Source of the DNA: Bacillota bacterium
GTDB lineage: Bacteria > Bacillota > Bacilli > Bacillales > Bacillaceae
Direction: 5' to 3'
NCBI GenBank assembly: GCA_051750265.1
Contig: JBNJJO010000013.1
Span: 20,946-84,945, forward strand
DNA: 64,000 bases
The notes beneath the pieces were generated by a model, which made no database searches, had not been told where the DNA came from, and worked only from the letters and a program-made list of their open reading frames with translations. Shown here one piece after another: positions 51,248 through 60,847 of the stretch (within the stretch, counting starts at the first letter, position 1; each line of letters begins with the position of its first letter). Made by a program: the position numbers and the translations under genes.

Positions 51248-52335
51248 TAAAAAGACCCCTTTGCAGCTCGAATGAACTCATCTACAGCGATCGAACAACC
51301 TTTTGCTTCTGCTCCTTGTACTCTACCTAATAATAAAAAACCATCCTCATTTTCCATACCCAAATCTTCTGTTAAAATCGTTGTCACAGAGTTAAAATTC
51401 GCCAGATCACAGTGTACGAGTACTCCGCGTTCTCCCTTTGCAACATCTTCCCCAGTTAAAGGATTAACAATCCTAGTTCTAATCCAGTGCGGACCTCTTT
51501 TTACTGAAGGAACGACCTCATTACCAAAATCGTAAAATTGAGTACTAAGCTCTGTCATCCCATACATGTTGATACAAGTTGATTTTTCAACACCTAGTAA
51601 TGCTGACAATTCAGAATAAAAGGTCTCTAATCTAAGTTCTTTCGATTTATTTTTAAAGCCACCTGTATCCAAAATTCTACTTCCTTTAGGTAATTGAAAT
51701 GATTTTCCCCTTTTATGTAGTTCTTCAAATAAATGAACAAAGCTAAATGTTGCACCTAAAAGCGCGTATCGTTCGCCACTATCTTCAACTCGTTCTAATT
51801 CAGCTAATAATTGCTCAACCTGCAATCCCTCATTGTTAACGAAATACTTACTCTCACTTGTCCCACATTCTTTAAAAGCCAAAGCAAGGTAATGGGACAA
51901 CGATGAATTAGGCATTTCTTCTTCAGTTGGGAAAAGAATTCCCATTCTCATTCTGTCATGACCATTCATAAACCGTTCTTTAAAATTTAGTAGCATTGAG
52001 TTGTTATAGACTTCTAGCGTTGGATGGAAATGCTTCCCCCTAATACCCTTCGTTGTTCCACTTGTCATAAACACATCTTCAGCTTTTTCTGGGTCTTCAC
52101 AACTTAGGGTTAGCTCTTTAAACGCATTGATTGGTACCGCTGGTATATCCTTCCACATTTTGACCATTCTAGGTGTTTTTCCTTTTTGTCGACAATACAT
52201 TTGGTAGGGAAGATTATTTCTGTATTGATAATTAAATAAATGTAATGCTTGATCATTAAATGCTTCATCTGAATGATCTATATTCTTAATAAAATGAAGA
52301 ACGCTATTCACAATTTCATTTGTCAATTCATTCAT
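51247..52335 (-). CDS. LuxE-family acyl-protein synthetase
   Basis: FMTSGTT P-loop, LDTGGFK, NMYGMTELS, ILTEDLG, LLGRVQGAEAKGCS with C-terminal acyl-carrier Cys; 1-bp overlap with the LuxC-like gene. Confidence 0.88.
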   Translation of the reverse strand: MNELTNEIVNSVLHFIKNIDHSDEAFNDQALHLFNYQYRNNLPYQMYCRQKGKTPRMVKMWKDIPAVPINAFKELTLSCEDPEKAEDVFMTSGTTKGIRGKHFHPTLEVYNNSMLLNFKERFMNGHDRMRMGILFPTEEEMPNSSLSHYLALAFKECGTSESKYFVNNEGLQVEQLLAELERVEDSGERYALLGATFSFVHLFEELHKRGKSFQLPKGSRILDTGGFKNKSKELRLETFYSELSALLGVEKSTCINMYGMTELSTQFYDFGNEVVPSVKRGPHWIRTRIVNPLTGEDVAKGERGVLVHCDLANFNSVTTILTEDLGMENEDGFLLLGRVQGAEAKGCSIAVDEFIRAAKGSF

Positions 52336-52371
52336 ACCCTCTCGTTTGATCTCACTATGCTGGGTTGGGCC

Positions 52372-52407
52372 AAAAAAAAGAGCACTCTGCTACGCAAAGT
52401 GCTCTTA
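52372..52407 (-). terminator. Riboswitch expression-platform terminator
   Basis: AAGAGCACTTTGC-GTA-GCAGAGTGCTCTTTTTTTT on minus, between the aptamer and the first gene. Confidence 0.85.
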
Positions 52408-52422
52408 GATTCCCTAATCACA

Positions 52423-52510
52423 TTCCCTACGCTGGCATTATCCAACAGGTTACCACGGTCAGCAACGGAATAATTACAATCTCAGCCAGTTTCCACTAGC
52501 ACCCGAAAAA
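52423..52510 (-). ncRNA. TPP riboswitch (THI box)
   Basis: Minus strand GGGTGC...GCTGAGA...GACCG..AACCTGTTGGATAATGCCAGCGTAGGGAA contains the conserved CUGAGA, ACCUG and AGCGUAGGGA elements. Confidence 0.95.
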
Positions 52511-52844
52511 TTGAATTTACAGGTAGTTTACTTAAACCTGAAGGAAAAAACAAGGGATATGAAATTTATTATCATATTTGGGGTGTATGAATTACTTTTT
52601 TTCATACCTAGCCCCGAAAATGAGAAACTTCAGCATGTTTTCTTATACTTACCTTTATATGTTGCAAAGCGCATATCAACTTGATGTTGTGACATTTATA
52701 AAATACTGTCAATAGAATCGACGATTAGTTTTCACAAATTGTTATTGATACGAAATAGCGAAGTCCTCTATAAAGCTATAGAACAAATTTCCACATTTGT
52801 GCAGATCCAAGTTCCTCTCATTCTGTGCTAGATTATTCTGAGAT

Positions 52845-53819
52845 TTATCTAGTTTTTAACAAGGAACCCGTGATAAATTGCAGCCATGCATATACCCCGA
52901 TCTTAACTGTTTCAGAAACAGCAGAATCTTTACTCGGGTCGAGACAAACAAAATCAATATGGTGAACAGAAGGATGTTTGCCGATTTCTAGTAAGCTATC
53001 AAACAGCTCAAGCGCTGACATCCCCCCTGGGGTGGACGCTGGTACACCCGGAGCAACAGAAATATCAAGTACATCCATGTCGACTGTAACGTAAATGCGA
53101 TCAACTTTTCCTGACAGCTGCTCAAGTGCTTTTTGAATTGTATTGATCAGTCCCAGCTTGCGCGCTTGCTTTAACGTCACCATCTGAATACTGTGTTCGT
53201 TCGCATAATCTATAAGTGGCTTTGCATTATAATAGCCATGCAAACCAATATTGATGACATCCTCGCCTTTTACTATATTACCATCAATTAATTGGCGGAT
53301 CGGTGTTCCATTTGCCGGTCCTAATTCTTTCGGATCCCTCACATCAAGATGTGTATCAAGTTGTAAAATCCCAATCGTTTCCCCGGCAAAAGCTTCTTTA
53401 ATCCCGCGAACAGAACAAGCTGTTGTCGAATGATCGCCACCAATCATACATGTTCGTGTGTTTGGATAGTGTGCTGTAAGATAGGCAGTTGTCGTTTGAA
53501 TGCGTTGATGTGATAAAAGAATATCTGTCGTATGCATCGCCACATCTCCAGCATCGGCTACTCGAAAGGAGCTTAAATCAACATTTTCGTCTAGGTTATA
53601 TGTGGCAAATCCTTTCCATATCCGCCGAAATTCTATTGGATATAAAGAAGCCCCAGATACACTGATCGAAGACCGGGAAATCGGTGCTCCGTATAGGATT
53701 AAATCAGGTGTAGATTCCATTTCGTTAAGCGGTTTAACCCAATGATGGACGTAAGTTGATTCGTCATTCGATGGATGATTCCAAGACCATTCAGGTACTT
53801 GAAGAAAATGTTCATTCAT
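52845..53819 (-). CDS. hutG: Formimidoylglutamase (arginase/agmatinase family)
   Basis: GGDHS, LDTHLD, VDMDVLD, APG motifs; last gene of the hut operon. Confidence 0.85.
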   Translation of the reverse strand: MNEHFLQVPEWSWNHPSNDESTYVHHWVKPLNEMESTPDLILYGAPISRSSISVSGASLYPIEFRRIWKGFATYNLDENVDLSSFRVADAGDVAMHTTDILLSHQRIQTTTAYLTAHYPNTRTCMIGGDHSTTACSVRGIKEAFAGETIGILQLDTHLDVRDPKELGPANGTPIRQLIDGNIVKGEDVINIGLHGYYNAKPLIDYANEHSIQMVTLKQARKLGLINTIQKALEQLSGKVDRIYVTVDMDVLDISVAPGVPASTPGGMSALELFDSLLEIGKHPSVHHIDFVCLDPSKDSAVSETVKIGVYAWLQFITGSLLKTR

Positions 53820-53820
53820 C

Positions 53821-55080
53821 TTATGACACCACCTTTACACCCTTTTTCCATACCGCTTTGATATGGTTTACTCCGAATAAATATTGCAATTCCTGATAAT
53901 TTTTCACATTCCACAAAACGATATCGGCTTGTTTACCAACCTCAAGAGACCCTACTTTTTCATGGCGGTTGATCGCACAAGCCGCATTGAATGTTGCCGC
54001 CGTTAATGCTTCTGCTGGAGTGAGACGCATAGAGATACAGGCTAAATTCATGACAAGTGGCATAGAAGTTGTTGGTGAAGACCCTGGATTGCAGTCGGTT
54101 GAAATCGCCACTGCCACACCCTCATCGATCATTCGTCTTCCCGCTGCCGCTTCTTCGCGTAAATACAGCGCTGTTGCTGGAAGTAAACAAGCGATTGTTC
54201 CAGACTTCGCCATCGCTTTAATGCCTGCTTCTGAAGCTTTCAATAAGTGTTCAGCAGAAATTGAACCAATTTTTGCAGCTAATTCTGCTCCTCCATAAGA
54301 CTCAATTTCATCCGCATGGATTTTTGGAATCAACCCATAGCGTTTCCCAGCTTCTAATATTCGTTCAGATTGTTCAGGCGTAAACACACCTTTTTCACAA
54401 AAAACATCATTAAATTCCGCCAATTTTTCCTCAGCTACTACTGGTAACATGTCATGAATTAAATGATCTACAAACTCATCTTCACGTCCCTTATATTCTG
54501 GTGGTACGGCATGAGCACCCATAAAAGTAGGTACAAGGTCAATCATATGTTGTTCCTGCAGTTTCTTCATCACTCTTAGCTGCTTAAGCTCGGTTCCTAG
54601 GTTCATACCGTAACCGCTTTTCCCTTCTACAGTTGTGACACCATGTGCAAGAAACGAATCAAGACGACGAGTTGTTTGTTCAATTAACTCTTCTTCTGAT
54701 GCTTCTCTTGTCATGCGGGTGGTCGCATGAATCCCTCCACCCGCGTTCATAATCTCCATATAGGATGCTCCTTCAAGACGCATCTCAAATTCACGCTCAC
54801 GGCTTCCTCCGTAAACAACATGTGTATGAGGATCCACTAATCCTGGAGTGACTAAATGGTTAGACGCATCGACAACTTCTGCTTCATGCTCCTTATCCTT
54901 ATAGCGTTCTTCCAGCTCTTTCGTTGTACCAACAGATTGGATGATACCATCCTCAATCCACAAGCTGCCGTCTTCAATCAAACCTAGCTCAGACATCGCT
55001 TCTTTAGAGCGCGGACCTTTCACTTCTGATGCTAGCGTAGCCAATTGGGCTGCATGTTTAATCCAAATCGTTTTTTTCAT
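53821..55080 (-). CDS. hutI: Imidazolonepropionase
   Basis: PGLVDPHTH, EGKSGYG, FMGAH, DVFCE, KIHADE, STDCNPG. Confidence 0.96.
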   Translation of the reverse strand: MKKTIWIKHAAQLATLASEVKGPRSKEAMSELGLIEDGSLWIEDGIIQSVGTTKELEERYKDKEHEAEVVDASNHLVTPGLVDPHTHVVYGGSREREFEMRLEGASYMEIMNAGGGIHATTRMTREASEEELIEQTTRRLDSFLAHGVTTVEGKSGYGMNLGTELKQLRVMKKLQEQHMIDLVPTFMGAHAVPPEYKGREDEFVDHLIHDMLPVVAEEKLAEFNDVFCEKGVFTPEQSERILEAGKRYGLIPKIHADEIESYGGAELAAKIGSISAEHLLKASEAGIKAMAKSGTIACLLPATALYLREEAAAGRRMIDEGVAVAISTDCNPGSSPTTSMPLVMNLACISMRLTPAEALTAATFNAACAINRHEKVGSLEVGKQADIVLWNVKNYQELQYLFGVNHIKAVWKKGVKVVS

Positions 55081-56756
55081 TATTGATCAGTTCCTTTATC
55101 AAGCATAGGCATATTGATACCTTTTTCACGTGCTGTTTTCTTTGCCAGTTCATATCCCGCATCAGCATGACGCACGACACCCATCCCTGGATCTGTTGTC
55201 AGTACTCGTTCAATGCGTATTGCCGCTTCTTTCGTACCATCTGCAACAATAACCACACCTGCATGCAACGAGTAACCCATTCCTACTCCACCACCGTGGT
55301 GTACGGATACCCATGTCGCACCACCAACTGCGTTAACCATCGCATTTAAAATTGGCCAGTCTGCTACAACATCTGATCCATCTTTCATTGCTTCTGTTTC
55401 ACGATTTGGTGAGGCAACAGAGCCTGAATCCAAGTGATCACGCCCGATAACAATCGGTGCTTTTAATTCGCCACTTGCTACCATGTCATTAATGATTTTT
55501 CCGAAGCGAGCACGTTCTCCATATCCTAACCAGCAAATACGGGAAGGCAGACCTTGGAATTGAATTTTTTCCTGTGCCATACGAATCCAGTTACATAAAT
55601 GTTCATTATCACTAAATTCACGTAAAATCGCTTCGTCTGTTTTATAAATATCTTCAGGATCTCCTGATAATGCAACCCAACGGAAAGGTCCTTTTCCCTC
55701 GCAGAATTGGGGACGAATATAGGCTGGAACGAAACCTGGGAAGTCGAACGCATTTTCTACTCCCTCATCTTTGGCAACCTGGCGAATGTTGTTACCATAA
55801 TCAAACGTGATTGCTCCTTTTTCCATCATCTCAAGCATCGCTTTTACATGTGTTGCCATTGATGCTTTTGAGAGCTTCACATACTCTTCAGGGGTGGATT
55901 TCCGTAATGAAACTGCTTCTTCAAGTGACATACCTGAAGGAACATATCCATTTAATGGGTCATGTGCTGATGTTTGATCTGTTAATACATCAGGAATAAA
56001 GTTTCTGGCAATCATCTCAGGAAGAAGATCTGCCGCGTTACCTAATAATCCAATGGATAATGCTTTCCCTGATTTTTTCGCTTCTTCAGCCATCTGAATT
56101 GCCCCATCTAATGTATACGCTTTCACATCTGTGTATCGAGTTTCTATTCTGCGGTCAATTCTTGTTTCATCTACATCTATGCAGATACATACACCACCAT
56201 TCATTGTTACTGCAAGCGGCTGTGCACCACCCATTCCACCGAGTCCTGCTGTTACAGTGATGGTACCTCTAAGTGTATGGTTAAAATGCTGCTTTGCTAA
56301 CTCGGCAAATGTTTCATACGTTCCTTGAACTATTCCTTGAGAACCAATATAAATCCAGCTACCTGCTGTCATTTGCCCATACATCATCAACCCTTTTTTG
56401 TCGAGTTCATGGAATGTTTCCCAGTTTGCATAAGCTGGAACAATATTTGAATTTGCAATGAGAACACGTGGTGCATCAGTATGTGTTTTAAAAATGACCA
56501 CTGGCTTACCTGATTGCACAAGTAATGTTTCATCACTTTCTAGTTCTTTAAGTGATTTAACAATCGCATCAAAAGACTCCCAGTTACGCGCTGCTTTTCC
56601 AATGCCACCATATACCACAAGGTCTTCTGGTTTTTCGGCAACATCTGGATCTAAATTATTCATCAACATACGAAGCACTGCCTCTTGTTGCCAACCCTTT
56701 GTATTCAATTCTGTCCCTACATATCTTGTAATTTTATTATTCGTTATCGCTTTCAT
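55080..56756 (-). CDS. hutU: Urocanate hydratase
   Basis: [43 protein letters not shown]. Confidence 0.98.
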   Translation of the reverse strand: MKAITNNKITRYVGTELNTKGWQQEAVLRMLMNNLDPDVAEKPEDLVVYGGIGKAARNWESFDAIVKSLKELESDETLLVQSGKPVVIFKTHTDAPRVLIANSNIVPAYANWETFHELDKKGLMMYGQMTAGSWIYIGSQGIVQGTYETFAELAKQHFNHTLRGTITVTAGLGGMGGAQPLAVTMNGGVCICIDVDETRIDRRIETRYTDVKAYTLDGAIQMAEEAKKSGKALSIGLLGNAADLLPEMIARNFIPDVLTDQTSAHDPLNGYVPSGMSLEEAVSLRKSTPEEYVKLSKASMATHVKAMLEMMEKGAITFDYGNNIRQVAKDEGVENAFDFPGFVPAYIRPQFCEGKGPFRWVALSGDPEDIYKTDEAILREFSDNEHLCNWIRMAQEKIQFQGLPSRICWLGYGERARFGKIINDMVASGELKAPIVIGRDHLDSGSVASPNRETEAMKDGSDVVADWPILNAMVNAVGGATWVSVHHGGGVGMGYSLHAGVVIVADGTKEAAIRIERVLTTDPGMGVVRHADAGYELAKKTAREKGINMPMLDKGTDQ

Positions 56757-56912
56757 TTGTTTCCCCTCCTAGTTTTGTTACTTTCATTTTATAACGAAAA
56801 TTCTGAAATTTTATTATAAATTAGTGATTATTTTATAATTTATTTCAATATATTTTAGTTATTTCTCTATTTTATAAACTATCTCAAAAAGCGTTTTCTA
56901 CTTGTAATTAAA

Positions 56913-58220
56913 TTAAAGTACCATAGCCGCGATCAGTCCAAAGATAAATAATGGAATATTGAAGTGAATAAATGTAGGGACACATGTATCCCAAATATGA
57001 TTGTGCTTTCCATCTGCATTCAACCCCGACGTTGGTCCTAGTGTACTATCAGAAGCTGGTGAACCTGCATCACCAAGCGCTCCAGCTGTTCCGATTAAAG
57101 CTGCTGTTGCTAGTGCAGAAAAACCGAGTACCGCACATAACGGAACAAACAACGCTGCTAAAATTGGAATCGTACCAAATGATGAGCCAATCCCCATTGT
57201 AATTAATAAGCCGACTAAGAGCATGAAAAAAGCAGCCATAAACTTGCTATCTCCAAGAAAACTTATTGTTGATTGTACTAAATTTTCTACCGCTCCTGTT
57301 TCCTTTAAAATCGTTGAATAACCTGAGGCGATTAACATAACAAATGCGATCATCCCCATCATCTTAATCCCCTCATTAACAACGAGATCTCCATCTTTAA
57401 ATGGAACAATTCTTAGAACAAACATAATTACAATACCCGTAAGCGCTCCTATGATTAAAGAACTAGACATGAGTTGTACTGCAAGAGCACTAACGATTGC
57501 TACGATCGTAAACATGTGATACCTTGTGAAAGTTAAATCTTCATCAACTGTTGCTGCAATTTCAGCCATACTTCCCTCGTCTGTATAAACCATTCGGTCT
57601 TTTCTATACGTAATGAAAATGGCAACTAACAGACCAACAACCATTCCTAGACCTGGTAAAAGCATCGCAAGCGGAATATTTGCAACGCTTATTGCCATCC
57701 CATTCGCCGTCATTTCCTCAGCGATTATCCCATGAAAAATCAACCCAAAACCAGCAGGGATCATGATATATGGAGTTTTCAAGCCAAATGTTAAAGATGT
57801 AGCTACAGCTCGACGATCCAATTTCATTTTGTCAAACAAATGAAGGAGAGGCGGGATTAAGATCGGAATAAAGGCAATATGTACTGGTACAACATTTTGT
57901 GATAAACAAGCAACTCCTGCAATTGCTAGCAGCATAAAGGCTTTTTTCCCTTTTAAAACATTTATTAAATATTTTACTAAAAACCCAGTAATTCCTGAGT
58001 AGCCAATCATGACGGTAAATGCTCCGAGCAAAATATAGCTTAATGCCGTATTTGCTTGTCCTCCCATTCCTGATACGAGCAGATCGGTGGTTTCTACAAA
58101 CGATAATCCAGAAGCCAATCCAGCAGTTAATGCGGCGAACAAAATTGCCAAAACAACGTTTACTCTTAATAGACTTAGAACAACCATAACTACTACGGAA
58201 ATAAGTACAGAATTAAACAA
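56913..58220 (-). CDS. YuiF-like NhaC/ion-transporter superfamily permease, probable histidine importer
   Basis: SQNVVPVHIAFIPIL, GDAGSPASDSTLGPT, HIWDTCVPTF; lies inside the hut operon. Confidence 0.82.
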   Translation of the reverse strand: MFNSVLISVVVMVVLSLLRVNVVLAILFAALTAGLASGLSFVETTDLLVSGMGGQANTALSYILLGAFTVMIGYSGITGFLVKYLINVLKGKKAFMLLAIAGVACLSQNVVPVHIAFIPILIPPLLHLFDKMKLDRRAVATSLTFGLKTPYIMIPAGFGLIFHGIIAEEMTANGMAISVANIPLAMLLPGLGMVVGLLVAIFITYRKDRMVYTDEGSMAEIAATVDEDLTFTRYHMFTIVAIVSALAVQLMSSSLIIGALTGIVIMFVLRIVPFKDGDLVVNEGIKMMGMIAFVMLIASGYSTILKETGAVENLVQSTISFLGDSKFMAAFFMLLVGLLITMGIGSSFGTIPILAALFVPLCAVLGFSALATAALIGTAGALGDAGSPASDSTLGPTSGLNADGKHNHIWDTCVPTFIHFNIPLFIFGLIAAMVL

Positions 58221-58328
58221 TCGTTCGTCCCCCTTTTGGTTTCCTTTAAAGGGGGGACTCCAATTTAGCAACATCAACTTGAAGTCCTCCGACAAGCTGG
58301 TCTGCATTGTCCCCCCCGTTCACACTTT

Positions 58329-59849
58329 TTATGAATGGATTTCTTTTGTTACACTTGTATCAAAGTGAAAAGTTCCTACCTTTAACCATTCATTCATTGC
58401 TTCAATATCCTTAGAAAACACCCGATCTGCGCTAATAAACGGTACGATTTTTCTACCATTTTCTAAAAATCCGCTTGTCGCTTTCGCCATTTTTCCTTTT
58501 CCACGAATTTCTGCTGCCTGCATACTGCAAATCGCTTCGATCGCTAATACAAGACGTGTATTTGTTATCACTTGATATGCGTGTCTTGATCCAATTGTCC
58601 CCATGCTCACGTGATCTTCTTGGTTCGCTGATGAAGGGATCGAATCAACGCTTGCTGGATGTGCCAATGTTTTGTTTTCAGATACAAGAGACGCTGCGAC
58701 ATACTGCAAGATCATCGCACCTGATTGTAAACCTGGTTCAGGGCTTAAAAACGGTGGCAAGTCATTTAATTGTGGATTTACTAAGCGCTCAATTCGACGT
58801 TCTGAAATGTTTGCTAGTTCCGCCATTGCTATACTTAAGAAATCCATTGCAAAAGCAATCGGCTGTCCGTGGAAGTTACCACCAGATAAAACCTTTTCAC
58901 CGTTATCGAAAATTAACGGATTATCTGTAGCGGCATTCATCTCAATTTGTAATTTCTCTTTCACGTAGTTTAACGTTTGCCATGTCGCTCCATGTACTTG
59001 GGGAATACATCGGATCGAATAAGCATCTTGAACACGTATTTCACCTTGCTTTGTTGTTAAATGACTATCTGCTAGATGAGCACGAATTCGTTCAGCCACT
59101 TCTACCTGCTCTCTATAGCCACGAGCAAGATGAATATCTTCGTCAAATGCATCAATAATCCCGCGTAATCCCTCAATTGTCATTGATGCAATCAGCTCTG
59201 TTTGATAAGCCAATTTTTCTGCTTCCAAATATGCAACAACACCCATTGCTGTCATTGCCTGTGTACCATTAATAAGGGCTAACCCTTCTTTTGCTGTTAA
59301 TGTTATCGGAAAAATTGATTCTTTTGTTAATGCATTAATCGCAGGTACCCTCTCCCCTTTATAAAAGACCTCCCCCTCTCCGATTAATACAAGAGCCAAA
59401 TGCGAGAGTGGAGCTAAATCACCACTTGCACCAAGTGATCCTTGCTGTGGAATGACAGGATGAATCCCTGCATTTAACAAGTCTAGCAATCTTTCAATAA
59501 CAACAGGACGTACACCTGAATAACCTTTCAGTAATGCGTTTGCTCGAAGGAGGATCATTGCTCGTGAGACAACTTCTGGAAAAGGTTCTCCAACCCCACA
59601 AGCATGTGAACGTATTAAATTCAGTTGCAGTGCTTCCACATCATCTTTGCCTATAAATACATCACTAAACTTCCCAAACCCAGTTGTTATACCATATACA
59701 ATTCTTCCTTCAGCAACAATTTTTTCAACAGCTTTTCGACTTTCTTGAACCTTTCTCATGCTCTCTTCAGAATAAACAACTTTATCTCCATCAAATAGAA
59801 CGTTGTTCACCTCTGCAAAATTAAGCGTTTGACCATTTAATGTAACCAT
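58329..59849 (-). CDS. hutH: Histidine ammonia-lyase
   Basis: [17 protein letters not shown] (MIO), [23 protein letters not shown]. Confidence 0.97.
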   Translation of the reverse strand: MVTLNGQTLNFAEVNNVLFDGDKVVYSEESMRKVQESRKAVEKIVAEGRIVYGITTGFGKFSDVFIGKDDVEALQLNLIRSHACGVGEPFPEVVSRAMILLRANALLKGYSGVRPVVIERLLDLLNAGIHPVIPQQGSLGASGDLAPLSHLALVLIGEGEVFYKGERVPAINALTKESIFPITLTAKEGLALINGTQAMTAMGVVAYLEAEKLAYQTELIASMTIEGLRGIIDAFDEDIHLARGYREQVEVAERIRAHLADSHLTTKQGEIRVQDAYSIRCIPQVHGATWQTLNYVKEKLQIEMNAATDNPLIFDNGEKVLSGGNFHGQPIAFAMDFLSIAMAELANISERRIERLVNPQLNDLPPFLSPEPGLQSGAMILQYVAASLVSENKTLAHPASVDSIPSSANQEDHVSMGTIGSRHAYQVITNTRLVLAIEAICSMQAAEIRGKGKMAKATSGFLENGRKIVPFISADRVFSKDIEAMNEWLKVGTFHFDTSVTKEIHS

Positions 59850-59895
59850 CTTTTTGTCTCCCTTCAATTCCTTTAGTTAAGTAAAGGCGCAATAG

Positions 59896-59965
59896 AAAAG
59901 GGGACTATATCAAAGAAATCAAAAATGATTTCAAGATATAGCCCCCTATTAACTAAAATACTATG
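59896..59965 (-). promoter_or_regulatory. HutP-responsive terminator/antiterminator
   Basis: caUAGuauuuUAGuuaaUAGgggg triple-UAG site overlaps the GGGGCUAUAUC...GAUAUAGUCCCC-UUUU hairpin, as in B. subtilis hut. Confidence 0.85.
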
Positions 59966-59971
59966 GGCAAA

Positions 59972-60415
59972 TTATATGTGATTAATACCTAAACCAATCG
60001 TTTCATGCTCAGATCCCTTAACAGGTGCACCAATAGTGCCATATAAGGAAACAGCAATCCAATCTCCCTCTTGCTCATTATCATATGGGTTTCCCCGTAA
60101 AATGGCAAAAGATAAGCCAACCGTTCTTAGTACAGATCCTAATTGCACTTGGCCTCTTGTTACACCATGCAACGCTTCAATAATCGCATGGTATAATGCA
60201 TGAGATTCACGATAACCGTCCGACTGGATAATCCCATTTTTCTTAGCAGCTGTTTCAATTGCTGCAACTATCTTTTGCGCGTCCATCGAACCAACTTTTC
60301 CTATACAGCCCTTCCAATTCGACTGTTCAAGCTTTGCCAGCTGTTCAGTTGAATCATCAGACAGCAAGAGAAGAATGGCGTTTCGACCAATACGACGATC
60401 TTTACTTAATGCCAT
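59972..60415 (-). CDS. hutP: hut operon antiterminator protein
   Basis: [45 protein letters not shown]. Confidence 0.96.
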   Translation of the reverse strand: MALSKDRRIGRNAILLLLSDDSTEQLAKLEQSNWKGCIGKVGSMDAQKIVAAIETAAKKNGIIQSDGYRESHALYHAIIEALHGVTRGQVQLGSVLRTVGLSFAILRGNPYDNEQEGDWIAVSLYGTIGAPVKGSEHETIGLGINHI

Positions 60416-60477
60416 ATAAACAACTCTTTCTCTTATACTACTTATCTTTAAAACACTAATGTCTAATAACTAGTTTC

Positions 60478-60506
60478 ATTGTAAGCGCTTCACAAAAGAG
60501 TGTCAA
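60478..60506 (-). promoter_or_regulatory. SigA promoter of hutP with overlapping cre-like site
   Basis: TTGACA-17 bp-TACAAT on minus; TGTAAGCGCTTCACA at 60480-60494. Confidence 0.75.
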
Positions 60507-60847
60507 CCATAATTTTCTAGAATTCGTCTATAATGCTCCTTCATATGCTACTTTATGTGATAGAAAAAGCATTGGTGACAGCAACTTGTAAATAAAAGCG
60601 CAAACGGCTTGATCAACCACGAAGCAGATCCCTTTCGGTGTGGAGATTCATACATTGGCTAAACGGAGAATGACTTTTTGTCCGCAATACCGTTTTATTG
60701 TCGGGTTAGCTTTTTTTATTGTCTATTTTTCTTACAATATTGTCCGGAATCAAAATCGACCACTCGAAAAATAACGACACATCCCCCCGACATTCTCACA
60801 CTAATCAGAATAAAAAAGTAGAGAAACCTAACTCCTCTACAATCTTT

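Noticed and set aside
49796-52335. Bioluminescence (lux) operon
   Set aside because: No luxA, luxB, luxD or luxG in the window; the genes sit under a TPP riboswitch with thiMDE.
60594-60800. Scattered TTGTC(C/G)G words and a partial repeat start upstream of the hutP promoter
   Set aside because: Too degenerate to define a unit or a period; at most an eroded repeat.
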